Origin: Polaribacter sp.
GTDB taxonomy: Bacteria > Bacteroidota > Bacteroidia > Flavobacteriales > Flavobacteriaceae
Direction: 5' to 3'
Assembly (NCBI GenBank): GCA_034110665.1
Contig: JAWUYT010000038.1
Span: 9,803 to 73,802, forward strand
Length of the DNA: 64,000 bases
Both the position numbers and the translations under genes were made by a program. The notes under the pieces were generated by a model. It saw nothing but the letters and a program-made list of their open reading frames with translations, made no database searches and was not told where the DNA came from. Below are positions 1 to 9,446 of this stretch, piece by piece (positions within the stretch are counted from its first letter, which is position 1; each line of letters begins with the position of its first letter).

Positions 1-236
1 AATCCCAAATGAACCTCTTGAATAGAAACTGTATCTAAACCTGCTCCTAAATTTTTAAAGAATTTTAAGATATTAATATTAGAAAGTGCTTTTACAGCAT
101 AATTTAGCTTTAAATTTTTGACGCTGCTAAACGCATTTGTTAATCTGTTGTATTGCGATTCAATTTTAGCTGTATCGTACACATATAAAGGACTTCCGTA
201 CTTATGTGCTAATGCTGTAAGTTGTGTTCTTTCCAC
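1..236 (-). CDS. lysA: Diaminopimelate decarboxylase, 5' part (runs off window)
   Basis: Manual translation from GTG at 236: MERTQLTALAHKYGSPLYVYD...LNYAVKALSN...GAGLDTVSIQEV. Contains the SPLYVYD motif and the YAVKA PLP-lysine motif of fold-III decarboxylases. Missing from the ORF track. Confidence 0.9.
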   Translation of the reverse strand, partial: MERTQLTALAHKYGSPLYVYDTAKIESQYNRLTNAFSSVKNLKLNYAVKALSNINILKFFKNLGAGLDTVSIQEVHLG

Positions 237-344
237 GATTTGTTTGTTATTTAGACTCCAAAAGTACTTAAATTGTTTAATAAAAATAGATTTGTTGTAA
301 AATATAACAAATTGTTTTTTATTGTGATTTTTGTGTTTTAGATA

Positions 345-390
345 TTGGCTTTTAGCTATTGGCTATTCGCTAAAAGCCAACAGCTAAAAG
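345..390. repeat. Heptamer-periodic inverted repeat
   Basis: TTGGCTTTTAGC (345-356) / GCTAAAAGCCAA (369-380). Units ttggctt-ttagcta-ttggcta-ttcgcta-aaagcca-acagcta. Confidence 0.65.
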
Positions 391-501
391 TTATTTTTTG
401 GTTGAAATCCTGTTAATAACTAATTGCAATAGTCATTTCTTTTTTCTGCTGATACTCTTATATTGTGAAGTAGTTAGAACTTAATTACTGTAAGACATTA
501 C

Positions 502-2370
502 ATGACAGAAGAAACCAAATATACAGAAGATAATATCAGATCATTAGATTGGAAAGAGCATATAAGAATGCGTCCAGGAATGTATATTGGTAAACTGGGT
601 GATGGTTCTTCTGCAGATGACGGAATTTATATTTTGGTAAAAGAAGTATTAGATAATTCTATTGATGAGTATGTGATGGGGGCAGGAAAAACTATAGAAA
701 TTTCTATTCAAGGAAGTAAAGTTACAGTCCGTGATTATGGACGAGGAATTCCTTTAGGAAAAGTAGTGGATGTAGTTTCTAAAATGAATACTGGAGGTAA
801 ATATGACTCTAAAGCTTTTAAAAAGTCCGTTGGTTTAAATGGAGTTGGCACCAAAGCAGTAAATGCACTTTCGTCTTTTTTTAGAGTTGAATCTTCTAGA
901 GATGGGAAGTCTGCTTCAGCAGAATTTAGCCAAGGAAACTTAGAGAATCAAGATTTTTTAGAAGAAACTTCCCGCAGAAAAGGAACTAAAGTTTCTTTTA
1001 TTCCTGATGAAGAAATCTTTAAGAAATACAAGTATAGAAATGAGTATGTAGCAAAAATGCTGAAGTATTATGTGTATTTAAACCCCGGTTTAACCATCAT
1101 TTTTAATGGGGAAAAGTTTTTTTCTAAAAACGGTTTAAAAGATTTACTGGAGGATAATAATAATAAAGAGGATTTGTTATATCCGATAATTCATCTAAAA
1201 GGCGATGATATTGAAGTTGCCATTACGCACAGTAAAACGCAATATTCAGAAGAATATCATTCTTTTGTTAACGGACAATATACAACACAAGGAGGTACCC
1301 ATCAATTGGCGTTTAGAGAAGCGATTGTAAAAACAATTCGTGATTTTTACGGAAAAAATTTTGAAGCTTCAGATGTTCGTAAATCCATAATTTCTGCAAT
1401 TGCCATTAAAGTGATGGAACCTATTTTTGAGAGTCAGACAAAAACAAAATTAGGGTCTACGGAAATGGGAGGTAAATTACCAACTGTTAGAACGTACATC
1501 AACGATTTTATAAAAACAAAACTAGATAACTTTTTACACAGAAATACGGACGTTGCAGACAAACTTCATAAAAAAATTGTTCAAGCAGAAAAAGAACGAA
1601 AAGAACTTTCTGGCATTAGAAAATTAGCGAGAGATAGGGCAAAGAAATCTAGTCTACACAATAAAAAATTACGAGATTGCAGGATTCATTTAGGGGATGT
1701 TAAAAAAGATAATTATTTAGAATCTACCTTATTTATTACGGAGGGAGATTCTGCTTCTGGTTCTATCACAAAATCTAGAAATGTAAATACACAAGCTGTT
1801 TTTAGTTTAAAAGGAAAGCCTTTAAATTCTTTCGGGTTGAGTAAAAAGATTGTGTATGAAAACGAGGAATTTAATTTATTACAGGCGGCGCTTAATATAG
1901 AGGATGGATTAGAAGATTTACGGTATAATAATATTGTAATTGCGACAGATGCCGATGTAGACGGAATGCATATTAGACTTTTACTAATCACATTTTTCCT
2001 GCAATTTTTTCCTGAATTGATCAAAGAAGGACATTTATATATTTTAGAAACGCCATTATTTAGAGTCCGGAATAAAAAACAAACGTTTTATTGTTACTCT
2101 CAAGAAGAAAAACTAGATGCGATTGGTAAATTAAGGGGTAAACCAGAAATAACTCGATTTAAAGGTTTAGGTGAGATTTCGCCAAATGAATTTGTACATT
2201 TTATTGGTGATGATATTCGTTTAGATCCTATAATGTTAGACAAAGAAATGTCTATAGAAAATATGTTGCAATTTTATTTTGGAAAAAACACACCCGATAG
2301 ACAGAAATTTATTATCGAGAATTTAAAAGTTGAGTTGGATACTTTAGAAGAGGAAGAAAGCTTATCCTAA
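502..2370 (+). CDS. parE: DNA topoisomerase IV subunit B
   Basis: [24 protein letters not shown] (GHKL ATPase) and TEGDSA, DADVDG (TOPRIM) motifs. Short Bacteroidetes ParE type. Confidence 0.92.
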   Translation: MTEETKYTEDNIRSLDWKEHIRMRPGMYIGKLGDGSSADDGIYILVKEVLDNSIDEYVMGAGKTIEISIQGSKVTVRDYGRGIPLGKVVDVVSKMNTGGKYDSKAFKKSVGLNGVGTKAVNALSSFFRVESSRDGKSASAEFSQGNLENQDFLEETSRRKGTKVSFIPDEEIFKKYKYRNEYVAKMLKYYVYLNPGLTIIFNGEKFFSKNGLKDLLEDNNNKEDLLYPIIHLKGDDIEVAITHSKTQYSEEYHSFVNGQYTTQGGTHQLAFREAIVKTIRDFYGKNFEASDVRKSIISAIAIKVMEPIFESQTKTKLGSTEMGGKLPTVRTYINDFIKTKLDNFLHRNTDVADKLHKKIVQAEKERKELSGIRKLARDRAKKSSLHNKKLRDCRIHLGDVKKDNYLESTLFITEGDSASGSITKSRNVNTQAVFSLKGKPLNSFGLSKKIVYENEEFNLLQAALNIEDGLEDLRYNNIVIATDADVDGMHIRLLLITFFLQFFPELIKEGHLYILETPLFRVRNKKQTFYCYSQEEKLDAIGKLRGKPEITRFKGLGEISPNEFVHFIGDDIRLDPIMLDKEMSIENMLQFYFGKNTPDRQKFIIENLKVELDTLEEEESLS

Positions 2371-2439
2371 TTTTATTTCTAAGGAAAGAACTTTTAGCAA
2401 GTTTGAGTTAACTTTAGCGTGCAATGTTGATTATTAAAA

Positions 2440-2773
2440 ATGAGTTTGACGAATAAAGAAATATTAGAAAATAAAATATTCAAAAAAAATTGATTTTATA
2501 TTGAGTGAATTTAACGACAATGAATTCGGTAAGCTTTGTGTGAAAGGTTTTATTATTAAAGTTTTTAACTTAAATTTTAGTTTACTTGAGAAATTTCATG
2601 AAAATGATTCTTTAGAAAAAGTAAAATTATTAAATTAAATAGATGAAACCGTTGTACTTTTAAGTAGAGGATTAAAACGTAAAAAAAATCAATATTTAAT
2701 ATGTACCCCATGTTATAAACTTGATGATAAATTTGTAAAAAATTGGTTTAATAAGAATTAGAGTGTTAATTAA
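2440..2773 (+). pseudogene. Possible decayed gene remnant between parE and parC
   Basis: ATG-initiated coding-like fragments (MSLTNKEILENKIFKKN...) broken by stops, in an unusually long 468-bp parE-parC gap. Confidence 0.3.
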
Positions 2774-2838
2774 ATTTAATATTTTAAAATCAAACAAGCT
2801 AAATTTCCCCTTCGGGGAATTAAAAGAGGCTTTTTTAT

Positions 2839-5592
2839 ATGAGTGAAGAAATAAACGAAAACGAGCACGAAGAAGAATTAAATAATCAAGAGGAACAATC
2901 AGATGAGCTGAATCATCAGACAGATCCCGTAGAAACCATTACTAAAGTTACAGGAATGTACAGAGAGTGGTTTTTAGATTATGCTTCGTATGTAATTTTG
3001 GAAAGAGCGGTACCATCTTTAGAAGATGGATTGAAGCCAGTGCAACGCAGAATTATGCATTCTATGAAAGATTTAGACGATGGTCGTTACAATAAAGTAG
3101 CGAATATTGTTGGACATACCATGCAATACCATCCGCATGGAGATGCCTCTATTGCTGACGCTATGGTGCAAATTGGTCAGAAGGAATTACTGATTGATAT
3201 GCAAGGAAACTGGGGGAATATTCTAACAGGAGATCGTGCTGCTGCCTCAAGATATATTGAAGCTCGACTATCCAAATTTGCACTGGATGTTGTTTTTAAT
3301 CCAAAAACAACGGATTGGAAAATGTCTTATGACGGAAGAAGAAAAGAACCGATAGATTTACCTGTAAAATTTCCATTGCTTCTAGCACAGGGAGCAGAAG
3401 GAATTGCCGTTGGTTTATCAACAAAAATATTACCACATAATTTTATTGAGCTCATTGATGCCTCAATCAAATATTTAAAAGGAAGAAGTTTTACTATTTT
3501 ACCAGATTTTTTAACAGGCGGAATTGCAGATTTTTCGGGTTATAAAGATGGAAAACGTGGCGGGAAAGTGCGAGTGAGAGCAAAAATTGCGCAACTTGAT
3601 AAAAAAACATTAGTCATTAATGAAATTCCTTTTGGAACGACCACAACTTCTCTGATTGATAGCATTATAAAAGCGAATGAAAAAGGAAAAATAAAGATAA
3701 AAAAAATTGAAGATAATACTGCTGCCGAAGTAGAAATTTTAGTGCATTTACCACCAAATGTCTCTCCAGATAAAAGTATCGATGCGCTGTATGCTTTTAC
3801 AAATTGTGAAAATTCAATTTCGCCTTTAGCCTGCACGATTGAAAATAACAGACCTGTTTTTGTTGGCGTTTCAGAAATGTTAAAACACTCTACTGATTTA
3901 ACAGTTGATTTACTTAAAAAGGAATTAGAAATTCAGTTAAATGAACTGGAAGAACAATGGCATTTTTCATCTTTAGAAAGAATTTTTATTGAAAATAGAA
4001 TCTATCGCGATATTGAAGAACAAGAAACTTGGGAAGGTGTAATTAAAGCAATTGATTTAGGTTTACAACCACACATCAAACATTTAAAACGTGCAATTAC
4101 AGAAGAAGATATTGCGCGTTTAACGGAAATTAGAATCAAGAAAATATCGAAGTTTGACATAGAAAAAGCTAAACAATTTATTGAAACTATAGAGGATAAA
4201 ATTGCTGTTGTTAAAGATCATTTATCAAAATTGATTGAATATGCAATTGATTACTTTAAACGTTTAAAAAACACTTACGGAAAAGGAAAAGAACGTAAAA
4301 CAGAAATTAGAATTTTTGATGATATTGTGGCATCAAAAGTAGCAATGAACAACTCAAAATTATATGTTAATAAGGCAGAAGGTTTTATTGGAACATCCCT
4401 GAAAAGAGATGAGTTTGTTACCGATTGTTCAGATATAGACGATATTATCATTTTCAGAAAAGATGGTGTTATGATGGTTTCAAAAATAGATTCTAAAACT
4501 TTTGTAGGCAAAGATATTCTTCATGTTGCTGTGTTTAAAAAGAAAGATAGGCGCACAGTTTACAACTATATGTACAGAGATGGCGCTAGAGGAACAAATT
4601 ATATGAAACGTTTTAATGTGACCTCTGTTACCCGTGATAAAGAGTACCATTTAGCAAACGGGAATAAAGGTTCTGTGGTACATTATTTTTCTGCAAACCT
4701 TAATGGAGAAGCGGAAGTTGTAACCATTAACATACGTTCTGTTGGAAGTGTGAAAAAGCTGAAATGGGATATTGATTTTGCAGATTTAGGTGTAAAAGGA
4801 AGAGCTGTTCGCGGAAATGTAATTACTAAATCTGCCATAAGAAGTGTCGATTTTAAATCTGAAGGAGTATCAACTTTAAAACCACGTAAAATTTGGTTTG
4901 ATGAGGCTGTACAGCGTTTAAACGTTGATGAAAGAGGAGGGATGTTAGGAGAATTTAAAGCAGAAGACAAATTATTAATTATTACACAAAGTGGAAAAGT
5001 AAAAGCGGTTAAACCAAATTTAACAATGCATTTTGAAGAAGACATGATTGTTTTAGAGAAATGGCTACCAAATAAACCAATTTCAGCTATTTATTTTGAA
5101 GGCGAAAAAGAACGTTATTATATTAAACGCTTTTTAATTGAAGCGACAGAAAAAGAAGATATCTTTATATCTGAACATCCAAAAAGTCGATTAGAAATTT
5201 TAGCAACAGATTATAGACCCATTGCAGAAGTTGTATATTCAAAAAGAAGTTTAGAAAACGATGTGGTTAATTTAGAAGAATTTATTGCTGTTAAAGGAAT
5301 AAAAGCTTTGGGGAATCAGCTTACTACCGAAAAGATTAAACAAGTAAACCTATTAGAGTCTTTGCCATTTTCTCCTCCTAAAGAGGCAATTACTGAAGAA
5401 ATAGAAGTTGTAGATGAAGAAGTAATCGAAGACAAATTACCGGTTCAAATGCCAACTTTAGCAATAAAAAAACCTATTTCTGAAGAACTTTCTGTTGAGG
5501 AAAAAGCTACTACTGCGCTACGAAAATCGATAGCAAAAAAGAAGGCAGATCAGAAGAAAATAGATGATGAAAATCAGACTAAATTATTTTAA
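2839..5592 (+). CDS. parC: DNA topoisomerase IV subunit A
   Basis: DGLKPVQRR, YHPHGD and AASRYIEARL (catalytic Tyr) motifs; lies downstream of parE. Confidence 0.92.
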   Translation: MSEEINENEHEEELNNQEEQSDELNHQTDPVETITKVTGMYREWFLDYASYVILERAVPSLEDGLKPVQRRIMHSMKDLDDGRYNKVANIVGHTMQYHPHGDASIADAMVQIGQKELLIDMQGNWGNILTGDRAAASRYIEARLSKFALDVVFNPKTTDWKMSYDGRRKEPIDLPVKFPLLLAQGAEGIAVGLSTKILPHNFIELIDASIKYLKGRSFTILPDFLTGGIADFSGYKDGKRGGKVRVRAKIAQLDKKTLVINEIPFGTTTTSLIDSIIKANEKGKIKIKKIEDNTAAEVEILVHLPPNVSPDKSIDALYAFTNCENSISPLACTIENNRPVFVGVSEMLKHSTDLTVDLLKKELEIQLNELEEQWHFSSLERIFIENRIYRDIEEQETWEGVIKAIDLGLQPHIKHLKRAITEEDIARLTEIRIKKISKFDIEKAKQFIETIEDKIAVVKDHLSKLIEYAIDYFKRLKNTYGKGKERKTEIRIFDDIVASKVAMNNSKLYVNKAEGFIGTSLKRDEFVTDCSDIDDIIIFRKDGVMMVSKIDSKTFVGKDILHVAVFKKKDRRTVYNYMYRDGARGTNYMKRFNVTSVTRDKEYHLANGNKGSVVHYFSANLNGEAEVVTINIRSVGSVKKLKWDIDFADLGVKGRAVRGNVITKSAIRSVDFKSEGVSTLKPRKIWFDEAVQRLNVDERGGMLGEFKAEDKLLIITQSGKVKAVKPNLTMHFEEDMIVLEKWLPNKPISAIYFEGEKERYYIKRFLIEATEKEDIFISEHPKSRLEILATDYRPIAEVVYSKRSLENDVVNLEEFIAVKGIKALGNQLTTEKIKQVNLLESLPFSPPKEAITEEIEVVDEEVIEDKLPVQMPTLAIKKPISEELSVEEKATTALRKSIAKKKADQKKIDDENQTKLF

Positions 5593-5644
5593 ATAAACTT
5601 TCTGCAAGGTTTTGAAAACCTTTCGGATATTCAAATTAAGAATA

Positions 5645-5980
5645 ATGAAACTAAAACATCTTTATTTATCATTAGCCATTTTAGGAATTTGTTACACATG
5701 GTATTATAATATTCAATATTTTCAAACTGCAGAAAACCCATCTTTAGCTAATTTTTTTAGAGATGCACAGTCTAATTTTGCAGGTAAATCTTTTGGAGCA
5801 GATTTAACGGTTGTTGTATGTACCTTTTTTGCCTTTTTTATTCCAGAATCGTTGCGATTAAAAATAAAATATTGGTGGATTTTAATTCCGTTAACATTTT
5901 TGATTGCAATTGCTTTTACATTTCCTTTGTTTTTATACATGCGAGAAAATACGTTAGAGAGATTAAAATTAAGTTCATGA
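5645..5980 (+). CDS. DUF2834-like small membrane protein
   Basis: Three hydrophobic segments and a C-terminal FPLFLYMRE. ATG at 5645 preferred over TTG at 5612. Confidence 0.7.
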   Translation: MKLKHLYLSLAILGICYTWYYNIQYFQTAENPSLANFFRDAQSNFAGKSFGADLTVVVCTFFAFFIPESLRLKIKYWWILIPLTFLIAIAFTFPLFLYMRENTLERLKLSS

Positions 5981-6681
5981 AAAAAATTGGACTAATAGGC
6001 GGAATAACACCTGAATCGACCATTTTATATTACCAGATTTTAAATCAATTAAATTCAGAAAGTTTAGGGAAACCTCATTCTGCTGAAGTAATTATCAATT
6101 CATTTGATTTTGGGAAAATAGCAGAATTACAAAAAGAAGGAAGGTGGGATTTGTTAGATAAAATGATGGAAGAAGCAGGCGAAAACCTAGAAAATGCTGG
6201 TGCTGATTGTATTTTAATTTGTGCAAATACTATGCATTTATGTATCGATGCAGTTCGAAATGTGGTAAAGATTCCTGTCATTCATATTGCAGAAGTAACT
6301 TCAAAAAAAATAATTGAAAGGAAACTGAAAAAGGTAGCTTTACTAGGGACAAAATATACCATGGAAAAGGATTTTTTTATTGATGTTTTAACCTCTTTTG
6401 GAATAAAAACAGTCGTTCCTGAATTAGAAGAAAGAGATATCATTCATGCCATAATATATAATGAACTATCTGTTGGTGTAATTAAGCCCGTTTCAAAAGA
6501 AAAGTATGTAAACATTATAAACAGATTGATTAAAAGTGGGGTAGAAGGTGTAATTTTAGGATGTACCGAAATTCCATTATTAATTCAACAAGAAGATGTA
6601 ACTGTTCCTATTTTTGATACGACAGAAATTCATGCAACTGTCGCTTTTGAGTTTGCGACTAAACAGCAACAGTCGCAGTAA
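5977..6681 (+). CDS. Aspartate/glutamate racemase family protein (YgeA/RacX-like)
   Basis: MKKIGLIGG start, ICANTMH and ILGCTEIP motifs. ATGA overlap with the upstream gene places the start at 5977. Confidence 0.88.
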   Translation: MKKIGLIGGITPESTILYYQILNQLNSESLGKPHSAEVIINSFDFGKIAELQKEGRWDLLDKMMEEAGENLENAGADCILICANTMHLCIDAVRNVVKIPVIHIAEVTSKKIIERKLKKVALLGTKYTMEKDFFIDVLTSFGIKTVVPELEERDIIHAIIYNELSVGVIKPVSKEKYVNIINRLIKSGVEGVILGCTEIPLLIQQEDVTVPIFDTTEIHATVAFEFATKQQQSQ

Positions 6682-6901
6682 TTATATTTGAATATAGAAA
6701 AAGTGTTAAATATTATTAGTTTTGAGTATTTAGTCGTCAAAAAAACTTCAAGAATAATGAAGATGGTTGCTTCTATTTTAATGATGTTTTTTAGATGAAA
6801 TTCACTGTTTGAATTTATAGATTTTTTTAAAAGGACTTCCTATATTTATCGAAATCAGTTCCTTATCTCGATCTTTTTTACTTTTATAATTTTTTATAAT
6901 A

Positions 6902-8038
6902 TCATTGCATCTTCTCAAAAAACACAAACTCATGATTCAGTAACAAATCAGGATTGGTAATTTTAATAATATCTTTTAAGACTAAATCGGGTCTTGTAGA
7001 TGCTAATTCATAATAAATAACCCCACCAGTTTTTCCTTTTTTGGTTGATGGCGTATAAATCTTATCTTCCTTAAATGATTTAAACTTCTTATATAATTGA
7101 TTGCTTTGCAGTAGTTGTTCTTTGGATGAAAAATAACCCGGAGCAATCCAAAAATCAGCATTTTTTCCTTTGTCAAAAACACTTTCGAAACTCAAAGATA
7201 AACTTCCTTTTCCTTTAGAATCTTTCCATAAATACTTAAGATTTGCATCTTTTAAAAACTGGGCTACAAAACTTTCACCTGCAGGTAAATTCCAAATATC
7301 TTTACTCATAATTGCACCAGAAAGAATTGTTAATTTTTTAGTTGATTTTAAAGCAATATGTTTAGCTTCTAAATAATTAGTTTCAATTGCTTTAAAAATA
7401 CTGTCCGCTTGTTTTTCTTTATCAAATAGAATTCCAAAAAATTTAATCCATTCTGCCCTTCCTAAAGGAGTTTCATCCAACCAATCTCCATTATATATTA
7501 CATTTATTCCTACTTTTTTAATGGTTGATAAACTTTTATCAGCAGAAGAAACACTATAACCAACTACCAATTCTGGTTGTAAATCCAATAAAATTTCTGT
7601 GTTAAAAGAATTTTCTTTTCCAATTTCTGTGATTTTTCCTGCATCAATTAAAACTCTTGTTTTTTCTGACGAAATATATTTTGAATATGGAAAACCAACT
7701 ATTGAAGTCTCTTCATTTAATAATTCAACCATTGGAATATGCGTTGTAGAAGTCACTACAATTTTTTGAATTGGAACTTCAATGACTTCATATTTGTCAT
7801 CTATGGCTGTTGTAGTTTTTTTCTTTTTAATAATATATTCAAAAATTTCATCAGAATTCTGATACGCCGATTTAATGATTAATTTTTTTGTTCCGTTTTT
7901 ATTAATAATATCAAAGCCTTTAGCATATTTGATAGTACTTTTTGTTCTAATCTCTTGATCAATTTTAATTAGCTTTTTTTTACAAGAAATTGAAATTGAT
8001 ATCAATAATATGAATGAAATAAATTTTAATTTTGTCAT
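6902..8038 (-). CDS. ABC transporter substrate-binding lipoprotein, BtuF/iron-complex type
   Basis: Lipobox [15 protein letters not shown] and RPDLVLKD motifs; lies next to a cobalamin riboswitch locus. Confidence 0.8.
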   Translation of the reverse strand: MTKLKFISFILLISISISCKKKLIKIDQEIRTKSTIKYAKGFDIINKNGTKKLIIKSAYQNSDEIFEYIIKKKKTTTAIDDKYEVIEVPIQKIVVTSTTHIPMVELLNEETSIVGFPYSKYISSEKTRVLIDAGKITEIGKENSFNTEILLDLQPELVVGYSVSSADKSLSTIKKVGINVIYNGDWLDETPLGRAEWIKFFGILFDKEKQADSIFKAIETNYLEAKHIALKSTKKLTILSGAIMSKDIWNLPAGESFVAQFLKDANLKYLWKDSKGKGSLSLSFESVFDKGKNADFWIAPGYFSSKEQLLQSNQLYKKFKSFKEDKIYTPSTKKGKTGGVIYYELASTRPDLVLKDIIKITNPDLLLNHEFVFFEKMQ

Positions 8039-9075
8039 TTAGAATATACTTGATTTTCTTGCTCTTGAACTCGTATAAACGTTGTTCTTTTGGTTAATTC
8101 TTTTAATCTACTGGCACCAACATACGTACAAGTAGATCTGATACCTCCTAAAATGTCAATAATTGTATCTTCTACATTTCCTTTATAAAGTACTTCAACT
8201 GTTTTTCCTTCAGATGCTCGATAATTAGCAACTCCCCCAGCATGTTTATTCATAGCAGTCTCTGAACTCATTCCGTAAAAAGCTTTGAATTGTTCTCCAT
8301 TTCGTTCAAATAAATCACCCCCACTTTCTTCATGACCTGCAAGCATTCCTCCAAGCATCACAAAATCGGCACTTCCGCCAAAAGCTTTAGAAATATCGCC
8401 AGGAATTTTACAGCCACCATCAGAAATAATTTGACCACCCATTCCATGGGCCGCATCTGCACATTCTATAATGGCGGATAGTTGAGGATAGCCAACACCT
8501 GTTTTAACACGCGTTGTGCAAACAGAACCAGGACCAATTCCTACTTTAATAATATCTGCGCCAGCTAACAATAATTCTTCCACCATTTCACCAGTAACCA
8601 CATTGCCTGCAATAATTATTTTATTCGGATGATTTTCTCGCATTTTCTGCACAAAATCCACAAAATATTCAGAATAACCGTTGGCAACATCTATGCAAAT
8701 GAAGTTTATTTGCGGAAACTCTTTTAAAATTTGAGCCACTTTCTCTGAATCATCTTTTCCTGTACCTGTACTTACAGCAATATTTTTTAAAACATTTTCT
8801 GAAGCGTTTTTGGCAAATTCTTGCCATTCCTGAATGGAATAATGTTTGTGAATTGCCGTAAATAAACCATGTTTTGCCAAAGCTTTTGCCATTTCAAAGG
8901 TGCCAACAGTATCCATATTTGCAGCCATAATTGGTATTCCTGTCCAAACAATATCACTATGTAAAAACTTAAATTCTCTATCTAAAGTTACTTGTGAACG
9001 CGATTTTAAAGTAGATCGTTTTGGACGAATCATGACGTCCTTAAAACCAAGTTTTAACTCATTTTCTATCCTCAT
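8035..9075 (-). CDS. guaC: GMP reductase
   Basis: [27 protein letters not shown] and YRASEGK motifs; no CBS domains. Confidence 0.93.
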   Translation of the reverse strand: MRIENELKLGFKDVMIRPKRSTLKSRSQVTLDREFKFLHSDIVWTGIPIMAANMDTVGTFEMAKALAKHGLFTAIHKHYSIQEWQEFAKNASENVLKNIAVSTGTGKDDSEKVAQILKEFPQINFICIDVANGYSEYFVDFVQKMRENHPNKIIIAGNVVTGEMVEELLLAGADIIKVGIGPGSVCTTRVKTGVGYPQLSAIIECADAAHGMGGQIISDGGCKIPGDISKAFGGSADFVMLGGMLAGHEESGGDLFERNGEQFKAFYGMSSETAMNKHAGGVANYRASEGKTVEVLYKGNVEDTIIDILGGIRSTCTYVGASRLKELTKRTTFIRVQEQENQVYSK

Positions 9076-9166
9076 AAAAATATAATTTTTGAAAATCCAA
9101 AGATATTACTTTTGAAACTGTTATTAATTAGCTTGTTTATAATAATGGATATATATTTGCCATGAT

Positions 9167-9439
9167 TTTGGTTTTGATGTAAGAATCATTTTACATTAAA
9201 TTAAAAGGGAATCTAGTTAAAGTCTAGAACTGTTCCCGCAACTGTAAGTTAATGTTGGATTTTTGTTGAATTTATTTCAACATTTGTCAGCACCTCTAAA
9301 GAGGATGTTATTACTACTGATGCCACTGTTTAGTTTCTGAAATTATTTCAGTTTGAATGGGAAGGCTAATAACATAAAGACAAGTCAGGAGACCTGCCAA
9401 GTATCATAAATTTTTAAAAATCTTCGGGATAAAGATTTT
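9167..9439 (+). ncRNA. Cobalamin riboswitch
   Basis: AAAAGGGAA, CTGTTCCCGCAACTGT, GCCACTG, TGGGAAGG and the B12 box AGTCAGGAGACCTGCC. Downstream hairpin with a CGGGA loop complementary to L5 TCCCG. Preceded by the -7 box TATATTTG (9152-9159). Confidence 0.93.
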
Positions 9440-9446
9440 ATGAGAT

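Noticed and set aside
118-300. 60-aa plus-strand ORF
   Set aside because: Antisense shadow of the lysA 5' end.
5818-5976. N-terminal extension of the racemase ORF
   Set aside because: Overlaps the DUF2834 gene; the family start MKKIGLIGG is at 5977.
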